A stretch of 64,000 nucleotides of DNA from Mobula birostris (Eukaryota), in the NCBI RefSeq assembly GCF_030028105.1, contig NC_092371.1, forward strand, positions 14,653,884 to 14,717,883, written 5' to 3'. A program made the translations under genes and the position numbers. This document shows positions 38,594 to 49,759 of this stretch, piece after piece. How positions within the stretch are numbered: position 1 is the stretch's first letter; each line of letters starts with the position of its first letter. The notes beneath the pieces are model-generated. The model did not search any database. It had not been told where the DNA came from and worked only from the letters and a program-made list of their open reading frames with translations.

Positions 38594-38960
38594 CTGAAAG
38601 CGGTCCGGTAATCGGCGGCGTGGCGCTCGACTCCCAGGAGTTGGATTGATTACGGTCGCGCTCTGTGCAGCCACTTAGCTGCCGCGGATATGTGCAACCT
38701 TTGAGGCGTTGTGGACAACGCACAGTGCCGAAGTTCCGGTTCGGGGTTGATAACATCCAATCCGCGCCTTGTGCTTGTTGCACCTGTTTACCGCGTCTTT
38801 TCGTCACAAGATGAAACGGCTTTGGAGAAGTGTTCAGAAATATTGCCAACAGAGCATGGTTTGAGCATAGTTTCCAGGATGTAGACATGTATATCGCTAA
38901 CAAAACCCGCATTCATTTTCTTGACTAATTTCCCGCAGAAGCTGGCGATGAGTCGACTGT
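38594..38960 (-). promoter_or_regulatory. Putative promoter/5'UTR of the VJ-C1 gene
   Basis: CpG-rich, repeat-free stretch directly upstream of the ATG with GGAA (ETS-like), CAGGTG and ATTGG elements. An acceptor-like ctttcag immediately precedes the ATG. Confidence 0.35.
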
Positions 38961-39780
38961 GCGTACTTACTGCAGCCTCTCTTGTAAAGGTCCTCCTTGT
39001 TATACAACAAGAAAGGGTTTAGAACAGGAGAGATTGACGGCACACAGATATAGAAGCCAGGATAATTTACGACAAGGAGGGGAACCTGCAGCTGTGTATT
39101 CCAGTTCCTGCTACACTGGACTGCTTGCCCAGAGTTTGGGAAGAGCTGTTGAAGTTGTCTGGGAGGGTAACTGCAGTGAATTTTGATAGGGGTACTTCAT
39201 AATGGACAATACCAAGTTAGCGTTGTTGGGATTACACCAGTAGAGATCGGCATACAGTATTCCATTGAATGCCTGAACTTTGTTAAGGTAGAAATTGATG
39301 GTGTTCTCCAAAAGTATAACTCACTCTGCGATTCCAACCTCTAACGTGGACTTTTAGTCACAGTATCCATACAGCGAACGGCGATTATAGTTAATGGTGA
39401 ATTCTATAGCGTTGTTGCAATGCTGAGACTTTGTAAGGCATTGGTCAGACAGTAAATGGATTATTTTGAGTAGCTTTGGGCCCCTTATCGAAGGGAGGAC
39501 GAGATTCCATTGGAGATGGTGCAGAGAATGTACACTAGAATGACGTTAGCAATGAAAGAATTAACAAATGAAGAGCGTTTGATGGCTCTGCGCTTGTACT
39601 CACAGGAGTTTAGAAAATGGTGGTGGTAGTAGTGGTGGGGCGGCGGTGGAATCTTCTTGAAACCCATCGAATATTGAAAGGGCTATATTGTGTAAAGGTG
39701 GAGACGATGTTTCCAATGTGGGAGTGTCTATGATCAGAGAGCGCAACCTTAGAATAGTATGACGTCCCTTCAGAACATTG

Positions 39781-39782
<2 letters not shown>

Positions 39783-39822
<40 letters not shown>
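39783..39822. repeat. (AC)20 microsatellite inside a CR1 3' fragment
   Basis: Directly visible. Confidence 0.95.
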
Positions 39823-39829
<7 letters not shown>

Positions 39830-40674
39830 TTTTGGCAAGAGGCTGGTGAATCTGCGACACACATTGTCACAGACAGCTGTGGAGGTCATGTATTGGGTGT
39901 ATTTAAAGTTGAGATTGATTGGTTCTTCATTAGTAAGGGCATCAAAGGTTTCGGGGAAAAGTCAGGAAAACCTGTTTGAAAGGGAGATAATCAGACATGA
40001 TAGAATGGTGGAGCAGGCTCGATGCGCTGAATAGCCGAATTCTGCTTCTATGTCGCAGGGTTACAGCATTACGCAGGATTCTTTGAAGTTGCATTAAATA
40101 ACAATTTTGGAAATGCTCAATGCCCCAAGATTATATCTGTTGATTTATTTAAGTTGGAAAATTGTTCACATTGCGATTCTCGTGTTAACAGGACGTAACA
40201 TAGGGCAGAATATATGAGTTTACTTACCACAAATATGCTCGCTGTCGGCTGCACTGCCTTCCAGTGTAACATGTAACATTAACGCTAAGAGGCTGACCTT
40301 TGGGCAGCAGCGTCCAAGCTACGAACACAGGAAACCCACACAAAGGCTCCAGTTCGGTCACGTTTTCCAGCTTAACTGTTAACTGTTGCTACAACTGTTT
40401 AACAGTATTTGAAGGGCCTGAAACTGAAGTAGATTCGTTATGAGTGAATCTGTCTGCGAATTTCACGGTAATAGTTCACTGCGCACCCTGATGACAGCAC
40501 GCTCTGCCGACTTTGTAACAGGGGCGAATCGTTTCCTTGTTACTGAAGCTCAGATCTCTCTCGAGTACCGATTTAGTTACTGCACAACATGTCCATTTCG
40601 GTCCAAAACCAGCAGTTATGCTTTCAATTCAGAATTAAATCTAGTTCACTCATCGTCCCTCATCTCAAAGTCAT

Positions 40675-40712
40675 CAGTTCTGATGAAGAGCTTCGGTCCG
40701 AAACGTTAACTG
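40675..40712 (+). ncRNA. Minimal type-I hammerhead ribozyme motif (Penelope pLTR-derived)
   Basis: cagtt-CTGATGA-a-gagc(TTCG)gtcc-GAAA-CGTT-aactg: perfect 5-bp stem I, C(UUCG)G loop in stem II, GUU cleavage triplet. Confidence 0.75.
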
Positions 40713-40799
40713 TTTATTCCTGTCTAAAGTATGTGCATGAGTTCTGAGTTTTTCAACATTTTGTGAGTGTACTCTGAAAATTAACTTCCTCTCATAAGT

Positions 40800-41075
40800 G
40801 CTCCCTCGAGGCGATTCTTCTTCTTAACCCCTACTGCATCATAGGCCGCTGACAGCATCTTCAGAGAATACTCTGTCCAGTGCTAGTCTTTCTAATTGTC
40901 CCCAGGTGGAGCCCATCTTCGAAGATCTTTGCCCACCCATAGATTAGGCCTTTGGAACTTATGTTGGGCGTTTCTGTAGCTTTGTGTTTTTACAGGATGG
41001 GGTTGCAAGTCCCATGTCAAGCCTCCGTCTTTCGCAACCGGGCGTGGTGCCGCCCCTGTAGAAGGTCAACTGGTG
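40800..41075. mobile_element. RTE-like/SINE fragment; related copies near 57930-58080 and 61170-61380
   Basis: Shared ttttacaggatggggttg...gcctcc...tcgcaaccggg motif in both orientations. Confidence 0.5.
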
Positions 41076-41089
41076 CTTCTGTTTTGCAG

Positions 41090-42720
41090 TAACTCATAAG
41101 AACATACGAAATAGGAGCAGGAGTAGGCCATCTGGCACGTCGAGGCTGCTCTGCCATTCAATAAGATCATGGTTAACCTGGCCATGGACTCATCTCCATT
41201 TACCTGCATTTTCACAATAACCCTTAATTCCCCTACCATGCAAAATATATCCTCCATTGCTTCATTGGGCAGATAATTCCACAGGTCCTCTGCATCTCCT
41301 CCAAAGCCAGTATATCTTTCCTCACCGGTACCTTGTACAGTTGCAGCATATCTCCCTGCTCTTGAATGCAATCCCTCCATCAATGAAGGCTAACATTCTA
41401 TCTGCCTTCTTAATAGCGCACATCACCTGCAAACTAACCTTTTGTGATTCATGTATAAACACTTCCAAGTCCCTTTTTGAATGCTGATTTTTTTACCATT
41501 AAAATTATAATCTGCTCTTTCGTTTTCCCTTCCAAAGTTGATGACTTCTCATTTACCAAATTGTAGTCCATCTTCCAGACACTTGCCCACTCACTTAACA
41601 TATCTATATCTCTCTGCAGACTCTCTGTATCTTCTGCACAATTAGTTTTTCCATTCAATTAGTATAATCAACAAACTTAGCTACACTACACTCGGCCCCA
41701 TCTTCCAAATTGTTAATGCCTATCATGAATAGATGCGGGCCCAGTACCAACGCCTGCGGCACACCGTTCATCACTGATTGTCAACCAGAGTAATACCCAT
41801 GTTCCCAACTCTTTTCTTTCTATTAGTTAACCAACCCTCTATCCATGCCAATACTTCACCCCCAACGCTTTGCAGTTTACACGGTACCTTATCGATCGTA
41901 TTCTAGAAATACAAATAATTAACGTCCAGCTGTTTCCCTCTATCCACTGCGCTCTTTATATCCTCAAAGAGCTCCAGTACCTTTGTCAACAGGATCTGCG
42001 TCTGCCTGATTGATCCATTTCTTTCCTTTTTTTTAAATGAGAGCTTCAAGCATTTTCCCAACTACGGATGTTAAACTAACTGGCCGACGGTTAGCTGTCT
42101 TTTGTCTACATCCTTTTTTGAACTGTGGCGTGATATACGCCGTCTTCCAATCCGCCAGGACCTGCCCAGAGTCCAGGGAATTTTGGTAAATTATTATCAA
42201 ATCCTCTACTGTAACTTCTGACATTGCTTTCAGTACCCTGGGATGCATTCCATCGGGACCAGGGGACTTGTCTATTTTTAGGCCCACAAGTTTGCTCAAC
42301 ACTACCGTTTTAGTGATAGCTATTGTATCGAGGTCCTCAACTCTCATCGCATCCATAACATCTCTTTTTGTCATGTTAGACGTGTCCTCCACCATGAATA
42401 CAAACGCAATATACTGCTTCAAATCCTCTGCTATTTCATCATGACCCAATATTACTTCCACTTTCTCGTCCTCCAATAGACTTACATTCACTTTATTCTC
42501 CCTTATAGGCTTTATATAATAAAATAAAATCTTTTACTATCTTTTAGTTTTATGTTTTGTGCTAGTTTGTATTCATAATATAGCTTCCCTTTCTTTATTG
42601 CTCGCTAAGTGGTTCTTTGTTGCTTTTTGAAGTGTCCCCAGTCTTCAAGGTTCCCACTAGTCTTGGTGACTTTTTATGATCGAGCTTTTAAATTGTTGCC
42701 TTCTTTTATTTCCTTACTTA
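41090..42720 (-). mobile_element. CR1 ORF2 fragment and 3' end
   Basis: ORF 42033-42491 KIDKSPGPDGMHPRVLK...RPVSLTSVVGKMLE; RT pieces at 41449-41658. Confidence 0.9.
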
Positions 42721-43042
42721 TCCAAGACCGGCTTTCCCCACTCTTACTTTCCTTGCCTTTAACTGTAATATATTTTTGTTGAGCACGCCCTTGTTGAACT
42801 CGCTCTCATCTCTCTCGATGCTACCCATCGCTATCTACTTCCGTTTCTTTTCCACTCGTGTGACCACCTAATTTGGTATTAAATCTGCTGCTGCTGTTCC
42901 CCGCCTCGTGAGAGTTCCGCATTGTTCGCAATCTGAAACTTTTAAATATTTCCCGATTTCCATGTTGGATCTATCATGGATGATCCGTGTGACCGCCCCT
43001 CCCACCCAGTCTTGCGGTCAGCCACTATTCTCCTACTTATCA

Positions 43043-43235
43043 AAAACACACGAGAATCAGCAGATGCTGGAAATCCGGAACATCACAAAAATAATGCTGA
43101 AGGAACTCACTAAGTCAAGCAGCATCAATGGAGATGTCCTGATGAAAGGCCTGGGCCTGGGAAACGTCTGTTCATTCCCCTTCACGGATAGTGTATGATC
43201 TGCTGAATTTCTTCAGTACTTTGTGTGCATGTTGT
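43043..43235. mobile_element. Inverted pair of Penelope pLTR fragments with a partial hammerhead core
   Basis: A minus-oriented tail abuts a plus-oriented ctgatgaaaggcctgggcctgggaaacgtc. Confidence 0.7.
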
Positions 43236-43602
43236 TAACTCCCATCAAACTATTCGATAAAGTTGGTTTCCACTTTGACCTTTTTTTGTTATTCAGTATC
43301 ACCTCTAAGTTCTCGTAACGTTCTGGTAAAACTCTTACTATGGTACATTTTTGCAAAGCCTGTAATATTGTGCAGATCAGAACCAGAGAGCTTCATAGAA
43401 ATTCATGTAACATTCTTCATCTTCAGTGAACTATTTTCTTTTTGTGGATAGTTGGGTGAGAGGTGTGGGTCGGCTAAGAGCGAGAAGCCTTGGGATGGAA
43501 ACATTTGTTAGCAATTCATTCTTTGATCCGTACAAGTTGATAGCTATACCGGGTTTACACCTGTCAGACTGCACCTCACCAAATACACCGAATTCATTTG
43601 CA

Positions 43603-43700
43603 AACACGAGAAAAGCTGTAGATGCTGGAAATCCAAGCAACACACACAAAATGTTGCCTGGCCTGCTGCGTTCCACCAGCATTTGTGTGTGTTGCTTGAA
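43603..43700. mobile_element. Fold-back Penelope pLTR tail
   Basis: caagcaacacacacaaaatg (43634-43653) and catttgtgtgtgttgcttg (43680-43698) form an inverted repeat. Confidence 0.75.
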
Positions 43701-43739
43701 TTAATTTGCAATTACATTTGGCACGCAGGCTTTCATACA

Positions 43740-44085
43740 TTCAATAACCACTTTATTGTGTGTACCTATTAAAGAGCCCATTAAGTGCATGTTCGTGGTC
43801 TTGAATGTTGAATCACTTCAGGGTTCGACATGTTGTGCGCTCATAAACGCTCTTCTGCACACCACCTTTGGAACGCATGGTTATTTGAGATATTGTCGCC
43901 TTCCTGTAAGCTTGATCCAGTCTAGCTATTTTCCTCTGATCTCTCTCAGAAATAAGGCATTGGCGCCAACAAAATTGCCGCTCACTAGGTGTTTTTATTT
44001 GTTTTCCTTTCCAGACTCCGTAAACTCTAGAGACTGTTTTTCATGAAAATCCTTGGAGATCAGTAGTTTCTGAAAGATGTTATTA
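43740..44085. mobile_element. Tc1/mariner-like non-autonomous relic
   Basis: gcatggttattt...gtaaactctagagactg...gaaaatcc..ggagatcag, homologous to 60040-60525. Confidence 0.55.
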
Positions 44086-44690
44086 AACTTGGAAGAGTGC
44101 CGAAAAGGTTTACAAAGATGTTAGGACTCACGGGACGAATTACATGGATACGTTAGACAGGCCAGGACTTCATCCTTAAAACGTGGGAGACTGAGAAGTG
44201 ATCTTATAGAGGGTATCAAATCACGAATTGCAAATATATAGTCAAAGAGTTATAAGAGGCCGGCGTTGATGGGCGGACCCAAATGCAAGGTACAGACACT
44301 GATGTACAAGGAACAGGACTTGGTGTGTCAAGAAAGCAAGGGAAGTGGGGGAGAAACGACGCTGGATGAGACACAGGTCCTGGGCGAGACTAGTACATAG
44401 GGCCTGGGCTAGGATTAGACCAAGTAAGCGGGACCTGGACGAGGAACTATGAACTTGGAACCTCGACAAGAACTCCGAGCCAGAGACTGGTCAGGGACCG
44501 GGAACCTGGGTATTGACTCGGGCTCGGATCCCGGATCTCGGCGAGGAGAAGACGAGGCTACAGGACAAGGAGTGGTAACAGGAGGGGACGTGAGACTCCT
44601 GGATAGGACGAGGGAACCCAAGCACCGGGCTGGGCGAGGTGCTCCTGGGCCGGGTGAGGCACATGGACAGTACGAGAGCACGGAAGTTTT

Positions 44691-44810
44691 ACTTGGTCGA
44701 GGGAGAACAGGAACGCAGAGCCTTGGTCGAGGGAGAGCAGGAACGCAGAGACTTGGGCGAGGGAGAACAAGAAGGCAGAGCCTTGGTCGTGAGAGAACAA
44801 GAACGCAGAG
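44691..44810. repeat. 30-bp tandem repeat x4
   Basis: (a/c)cttggtcgagggagaacaggaacgcagag units at an exact 30-bp period. Confidence 0.9.
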
Positions 44811-45097
44811 CCGGGATCCCTCGTTGGGAACAGGACTTGGGGCCGGGGCTCTACACAGAACACTGAGAGACAGATCTCTACTCAAGGTAGCGGCTAATGT
44901 TCGGACCTACCTGGCGAAGGCGTGGACGCAGAGACAGTTCGTTACTCAAAGGAGCCGCAAACGGTCGGACCTACCGAATGAAGGCGAGGATACAAAGAGA
45001 CAGTTCCAAACAGCGAAATACTGTTCCTTATCTAGACACGGCAAGGCCCCGAGTTTGCCCTGGCGGGTTGAACCTGATGGCGTTACAGGCGAGGACA

Positions 45098-45197
45098 CAG
45101 GCGAAGGTAGCAGGCAGCGCCTCAGGCGAAGGTAGAAGGTGAGGCGTCAGGCGAAGGTAGCAGGAGAGGCTTCAGGCGAAGGTAGCGGTTGAGGATT
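45098..45197. repeat. 25-bp tandem repeat x4
   Basis: caggcgaaggtag... units start at 45098, 45123, 45148 and 45173. Confidence 0.9.
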
Positions 45198-45338
45198 CAG
45201 AAGGAAGGGGAAGGGGAGGGAACAGTCCAGCAAAGGTAGCTGAAACCAGGAGCTATTTATGTAGTCAGCCCAAAATCAGAATTATGTGCCTCAATTAAGG
45301 CACTCCACAGGACAAGGGAAAACCACAGGACAACGACA

Positions 45339-48300
45339 CCTGCAAGATGTGCATCCAGCTGCAGCTCCTGACAAACCGCGTTAGGGAAATGGAGCAGGAG
45401 CTGGATGACCTGCGGATCACTCGGGAGAATGAGGAGATTATAGATCGTAGCTACAGGGAGGTAGTTACGCCAAAGGAGCAGAGGACAGGAAATTCGGTCA
45501 CTTTCAGGCGAGGGAAGAGGAAAGGGAAGGCAGAGCAGAGTTCCCCTGTGGCCATTCTCCTCAACAAGTATACCGCACTGGATACTGTTGGAGGGGATGA
45601 CTTACCTGGGACTAGCTGCAGTAGCCGGATCTCTGGCACTGAGTCTGGCTCTGCAGTGCAGAATGGAGGGGGGGGGGGAAAGAGGAGAGCGGTAGTGATA
45701 GGGGAGTCGATAGTTAGAGGTGCAGATAGAAGGTTCTGTGGTCTTGACAGAGAATCCAGGATGCTTTGTTGCCTCCCAGGTGCCAGGGTCAAGGATGTCT
45801 CTGACCGATTGCATGACATTCTGAAATGGGAGGGTGACCAGCCAGATGTCGTGGTGCACATCGGTACCAATGACATAGCAAGGAAGAATGAAGAGGTCCT
45901 GGATAGTGAGTATAGAGAGCTTGGTAGTAAGTTGAAAAGCAGGACCTCAAGGGTGGTAATCTCAGGATTGCTACCTGTGCTGTGTGCCAGTGAGGGTAGG
46001 AATAGGATGCTCTGGAGGAGGAACAAGTGGCTGAGGAACTGGTGTAGGGGGCAGGGTTTCAGATTTCAGGATCATTGGGACCTCTTCTGGGGCAGGTGGG
46101 ACCTGTACAAGAGAGACGGGTTACACTTGAACCACAGGGAGACGAATATCTTTTCAGGGACGTTTGTTAGTGCTATTGGGGAGGCTTTAAACGAGATTTG
46201 CAGGGGGATAGGAACCAGAGTGCCAGAGCTGACAGTGTGGCTGGGGTGAAAATAAATGATGTTGAAAGTTTAAGCAAATCCGCTGATAGAAAGGTTGTGA
46301 GTGGTGGTAAAAATCTTCTGAGGTGTATATGTTTCAATGCTAGGAGTATTGCGGGGAAGGCGGATGAGTCGAGGGCGTGGATTAACACGTGGAATTATGA
46401 TGTTGCAGCAATTAGTGAAACTTGGCTACAGGAGGGGCAGGACTGGCAGCTTCATATTCCAGGGTTCCGATGTTTCTGATGTGATCGAGGCAGAGGAATG
46501 AAAGGTGGGGGAGTAGCATTGCTTGTTAGGGAAAATATTACAGCAGTGCTCAGGCAGGACACATTAGAGGGCTTGTCTACTGAGTCCTTATGGGTGGAGC
46601 TGAGAAACAGGAAAGGTATGGCCACATTAGTGGGATTGTATTACAGACCACCCAATAGTCAACGAGACTTGGAAGAGCAAATCTGCAGAGAGATAGCAGG
46701 CAACTGCAGGAAACATAAAGTTGTGGTGGTAGGGGATTTTAATTTTCCATACATTAATTGGGACTCCCATACTGTTAGGGGTCTGGAGTTTGTAAAATGT
46801 GTTCAGGAACGTTTTCTAAATCGATATATATTGGATCTCCTCTTACGTAACGAATTAGGGCAAGTGACAGAAGTCTGTGTAGGGGAACACTTTGGTTCCA
46901 GTGATCATAACACCATTAGTTTCAATTTGATCATGGACAAGGATAGATCTAGGGTTGAAGTTTTGAACTGGAAGAAGGCCAAATTTGAAGAAATGAGAAA
47001 GGATCTAAAAAGCGTGGATTGGGACAGGTTGTTCTCTGGCAAAGATGTGATTGGTAGGTGGGAAGCCTTCAAAGGGGAAATTTTGAGAGTGCAGAGTTTG
47101 TATGTTCCTGTCAGGATTAAAGGCAAATTGAATAGGAATAAGGAACCTTGGTTCTCAAGGGATATTGCAACTCTGATAAAGAAGAAGAGGGAGTTGTATG
47201 AAATGTATACGAAACAGGGGGTAAATCAGGTGCTTGAGGAGTATAAGAAGTGGAAGAAAATACTTAAGAAAGAAAACAGGAGGGCTAAAAGAAGACATGA
47301 GGTTGCCTTGGCAGTCAAAGTGAAGGATAATCCAAAGAGCTTTTACAAGTATATTAAGAGCAAAGGGATTGTAAAGAATAAAATTGGTCCTCTTGAAGAT
47401 CAGAGTGGTCGGCTTTGTGCGGAACCAAGGAAATGGGGGAGATCTTAAACAGGTTTTTTGCGTCTGTATTTACTAAGGAAGCTGTCATGAAATCTATGGA
47501 ATTGAGGGAATCAAGTAGTGAGACCATGGAAACTGTACAGATTGAAAAGGAGGAGGTGTTTGCTGTCTTGAGGAAAATTAAAGTGGATAAATCCCCGAGA
47601 CCTGACAGAGTATTCCCTCGGACCTTGAAGGAGACTAGTGTTGAAATTGCGGGGTCCCTGGCAGAAATATTTAAAATGTACTGTCTACTGGTGAAGTGCC
47701 TGAGGATTGGAGAGTGGCTGATGTTGTTCCGTTGTTTAAAAAAGGATCGAAAAGTAATCCTGGAAATTATAGGCCGGTGAGTTTAACGTCAGTAGTAGGT
47801 AAGTTATTGGAGGGAGTACTAAGAGACAAAATCTACAAGCATTTACATAGACAGGGGCTTATTAGGGAGAGTCAACATGGCTTTGTGCGTGGTAGGTCAT
47901 GTTTGACAAATCTGTTGGAGTTTTTCGAGGAGGTTACCAGGAAAGTAGATGAAGGGAAGGCAGTGGATATTGTCTACATGCACTTCAGTAAGGGCTTTGA
48001 CAAGGTCCGCATGGGAGGTTAGTTAGGAAAATTCAGTCGCTAGGTATACATGGAGAGGTGGTAAATTGGATTAGACATTGGCTCGATGGAAGAAGCCAGA
48101 GAGTGGTGGTAGAGAATTGCTTCTGTGAGTGGAGGCCTGTGACTAGTGGTGTGCCACAGGGATCAGTGCTGGGTCCATTGTTATTTGTCATCTATTTCAA
48201 TGATCTGGATGATAATGTGGTAAATTGGATCTGCAAGTTTGCTGATGATACAAAGATTGGAGGTGTAGTAAACAGTGAGGAAGGTTTTCAGAGCCTGCAG

Positions 48301-49157
48301 AGGGACTTGGACCAGCTGGAAAAATGGGCTGAAAAATGGCAGATGGAGTTTAATACAGACAAGTGTGAGGTATTGCACGTTGGTAGGACAAACCAAGGTA
48401 GAACATACAGGGTTAATGGTAAGGCACTGAGGAGTGCAGTGGAACAGAGAGATCTGGGAATACAGATACAAAATTCCCTAAAAGTGTCGTCACAGGTAGA
48501 TAGGGTCGTAAAGAGAGCTTTTGGTACATTGGCCTTTATTAATCGAAGTATTGAGTATAAGAGCTGGAATGTTATGATGAGGTTGTATAAGGCATTGCTG
48601 AGGCCGAATCTGGAGTATTGTGTTCAGTTTTGGTCACCAAATTACAGCAAGGATATAAAAAAGGTTGAAAGAGTGCAGAGAAGGTTTACAAGGATGTTGC
48701 CGGGACTTGTGAAACTCACTTACAGAGAAAGGTTGAATAGGTTAGGACTCTCTGGAGCGTAGAAGAATGAGGGGAGATTTGATAGAGGTATATAAAATTA
48801 TGATGGGTATAGATAGAGTGAATGCAAGTAGGCTTTTTCCACTGAGGCAAGGGGAGAAAAAAAACAGAGGACATGGGTTAAGGGTGAGGGGAGAAAAGTT
48901 TAAAGGGAACATTGTGGGGGGGGCTTCTTCACACAGAGAGTGGTGGGAGTATGGAATGAGCTGCCAGACGAGGGGTAAATGCGGATTATTTTCTAACATT
49001 TAAGAACAAATTGGACAGGTACATGGATGGGAGGTGTATGGAGGGATATGTTCCGTGTGCAGATCAGTGGGACTAGGCAGAAAATGGTTCGTCACAGCCA
49101 AGAAGGGCCAAAGGGCCTGTTTCTGTGCTGTAGTTTCTATGGTTCTATGGTTCTAAA
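45339..49157 (+). mobile_element. Young CR1 LINE, nearly complete (ORF1 and ORF2 with few disruptions)
   Basis: Long ORFs 45347-46249, 46498-47448, 47696-48022 and 48058-48762 (QGSVLGP, FADD); tail ttctatggttctatggttcta. Confidence 0.95.
45347..46249 (+). CDS. CR1 ORF1 SGNH/GDSL esterase (N-terminal zinc finger truncated)
   Basis: 300-aa ORF with VVIGESIVRG, CCLPGARVKD, VVVHIGTND and DGLHLN. Confidence 0.85.
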   Translation: MCIQLQLLTNRVREMEQELDDLRITRENEEIIDRSYREVVTPKEQRTGNSVTFRRGKRKGKAEQSSPVAILLNKYTALDTVGGDDLPGTSCSSRISGTESGSAVQNGGGGGKRRAVVIGESIVRGADRRFCGLDRESRMLCCLPGARVKDVSDRLHDILKWEGDQPDVVVHIGTNDIARKNEEVLDSEYRELGSKLKSRTSRVVISGLLPVLCASEGRNRMLWRRNKWLRNWCRGQGFRFQDHWDLFWGRWDLYKRDGLHLNHRETNIFSGTFVSAIGEALNEICRGIGTRVPELTVWLG

Positions 49158-49759
49158 ACCTGGAATACGGATTGAACAGGAATACAGACTTCACGGTCCG
49201 GACCATGACACAAAGTCTTTATTCACGGATTTAGTTTATCAAGAGATGGAGCGCATAGGTGTCAAGTGATTGGGGAATAAGGAGTGGAAATTTATGGGGA
49301 ACTTATTTACACAAAGAGTGGTATCTACGTGGATTTGGTTGAGACGAGCACAACGGAAAGCTTAAAAGAACAGTTAAATGTACGTACATCGGAATTGTTT
49401 AGAGGGATATGGTCCAAACTCAGGGAAGTGGGACAGACTTGTATGGACCATCTCGATCAGCATGGACCAGTTAGACTGAATGACCCGTTTCCGTGCTGTG
49501 TGATTCTGTGATTCTATGACTCTGCTTATTTGATGACTGTTTACGCAGCTCACAGTCATTTTTAATATTACCTATGCGATGTGGTCTGGACTTGATGACA
49601 ATTTCTATGCAACCATTCTGAAATTGTGGGCAAGGATGCGAAGATACGGCAATGCATTTCCATCGCGCCCTTCGTGTCCTGAATGCTGCCCAGAGACTTT
49701 TCTTTCCTCATGCGTTGTCTGAGAGGTGCCGGTCAATAGCAAGATCATGACTGGGTGAC

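Larger units (their letters stand above)
44241..45338. mobile_element. LTR-like element containing internal tandem-repeat arrays
   Basis: GC-rich block ending acgaca, lying between two CR1 pieces; contains 30-bp and 25-bp arrays. Confidence 0.45.

Noticed and set aside
38724-38730. CACAGTG heptamer upstream of the leader exon
   Set aside because: No nonamer-like sequence at a 12- or 23-nt spacer, and the position is not next to a V/J coding end.
44449-45135. 228-aa Arg/Gly-rich ORF as a host gene
   Set aside because: Explained by GC-rich tandem arrays within a mobile element; both strands are open.
44691-45197. Regularly spaced repeats as a CRISPR-like array
   Set aside because: Eukaryotic context; the units are contiguous tandem repeats without unique spacers.
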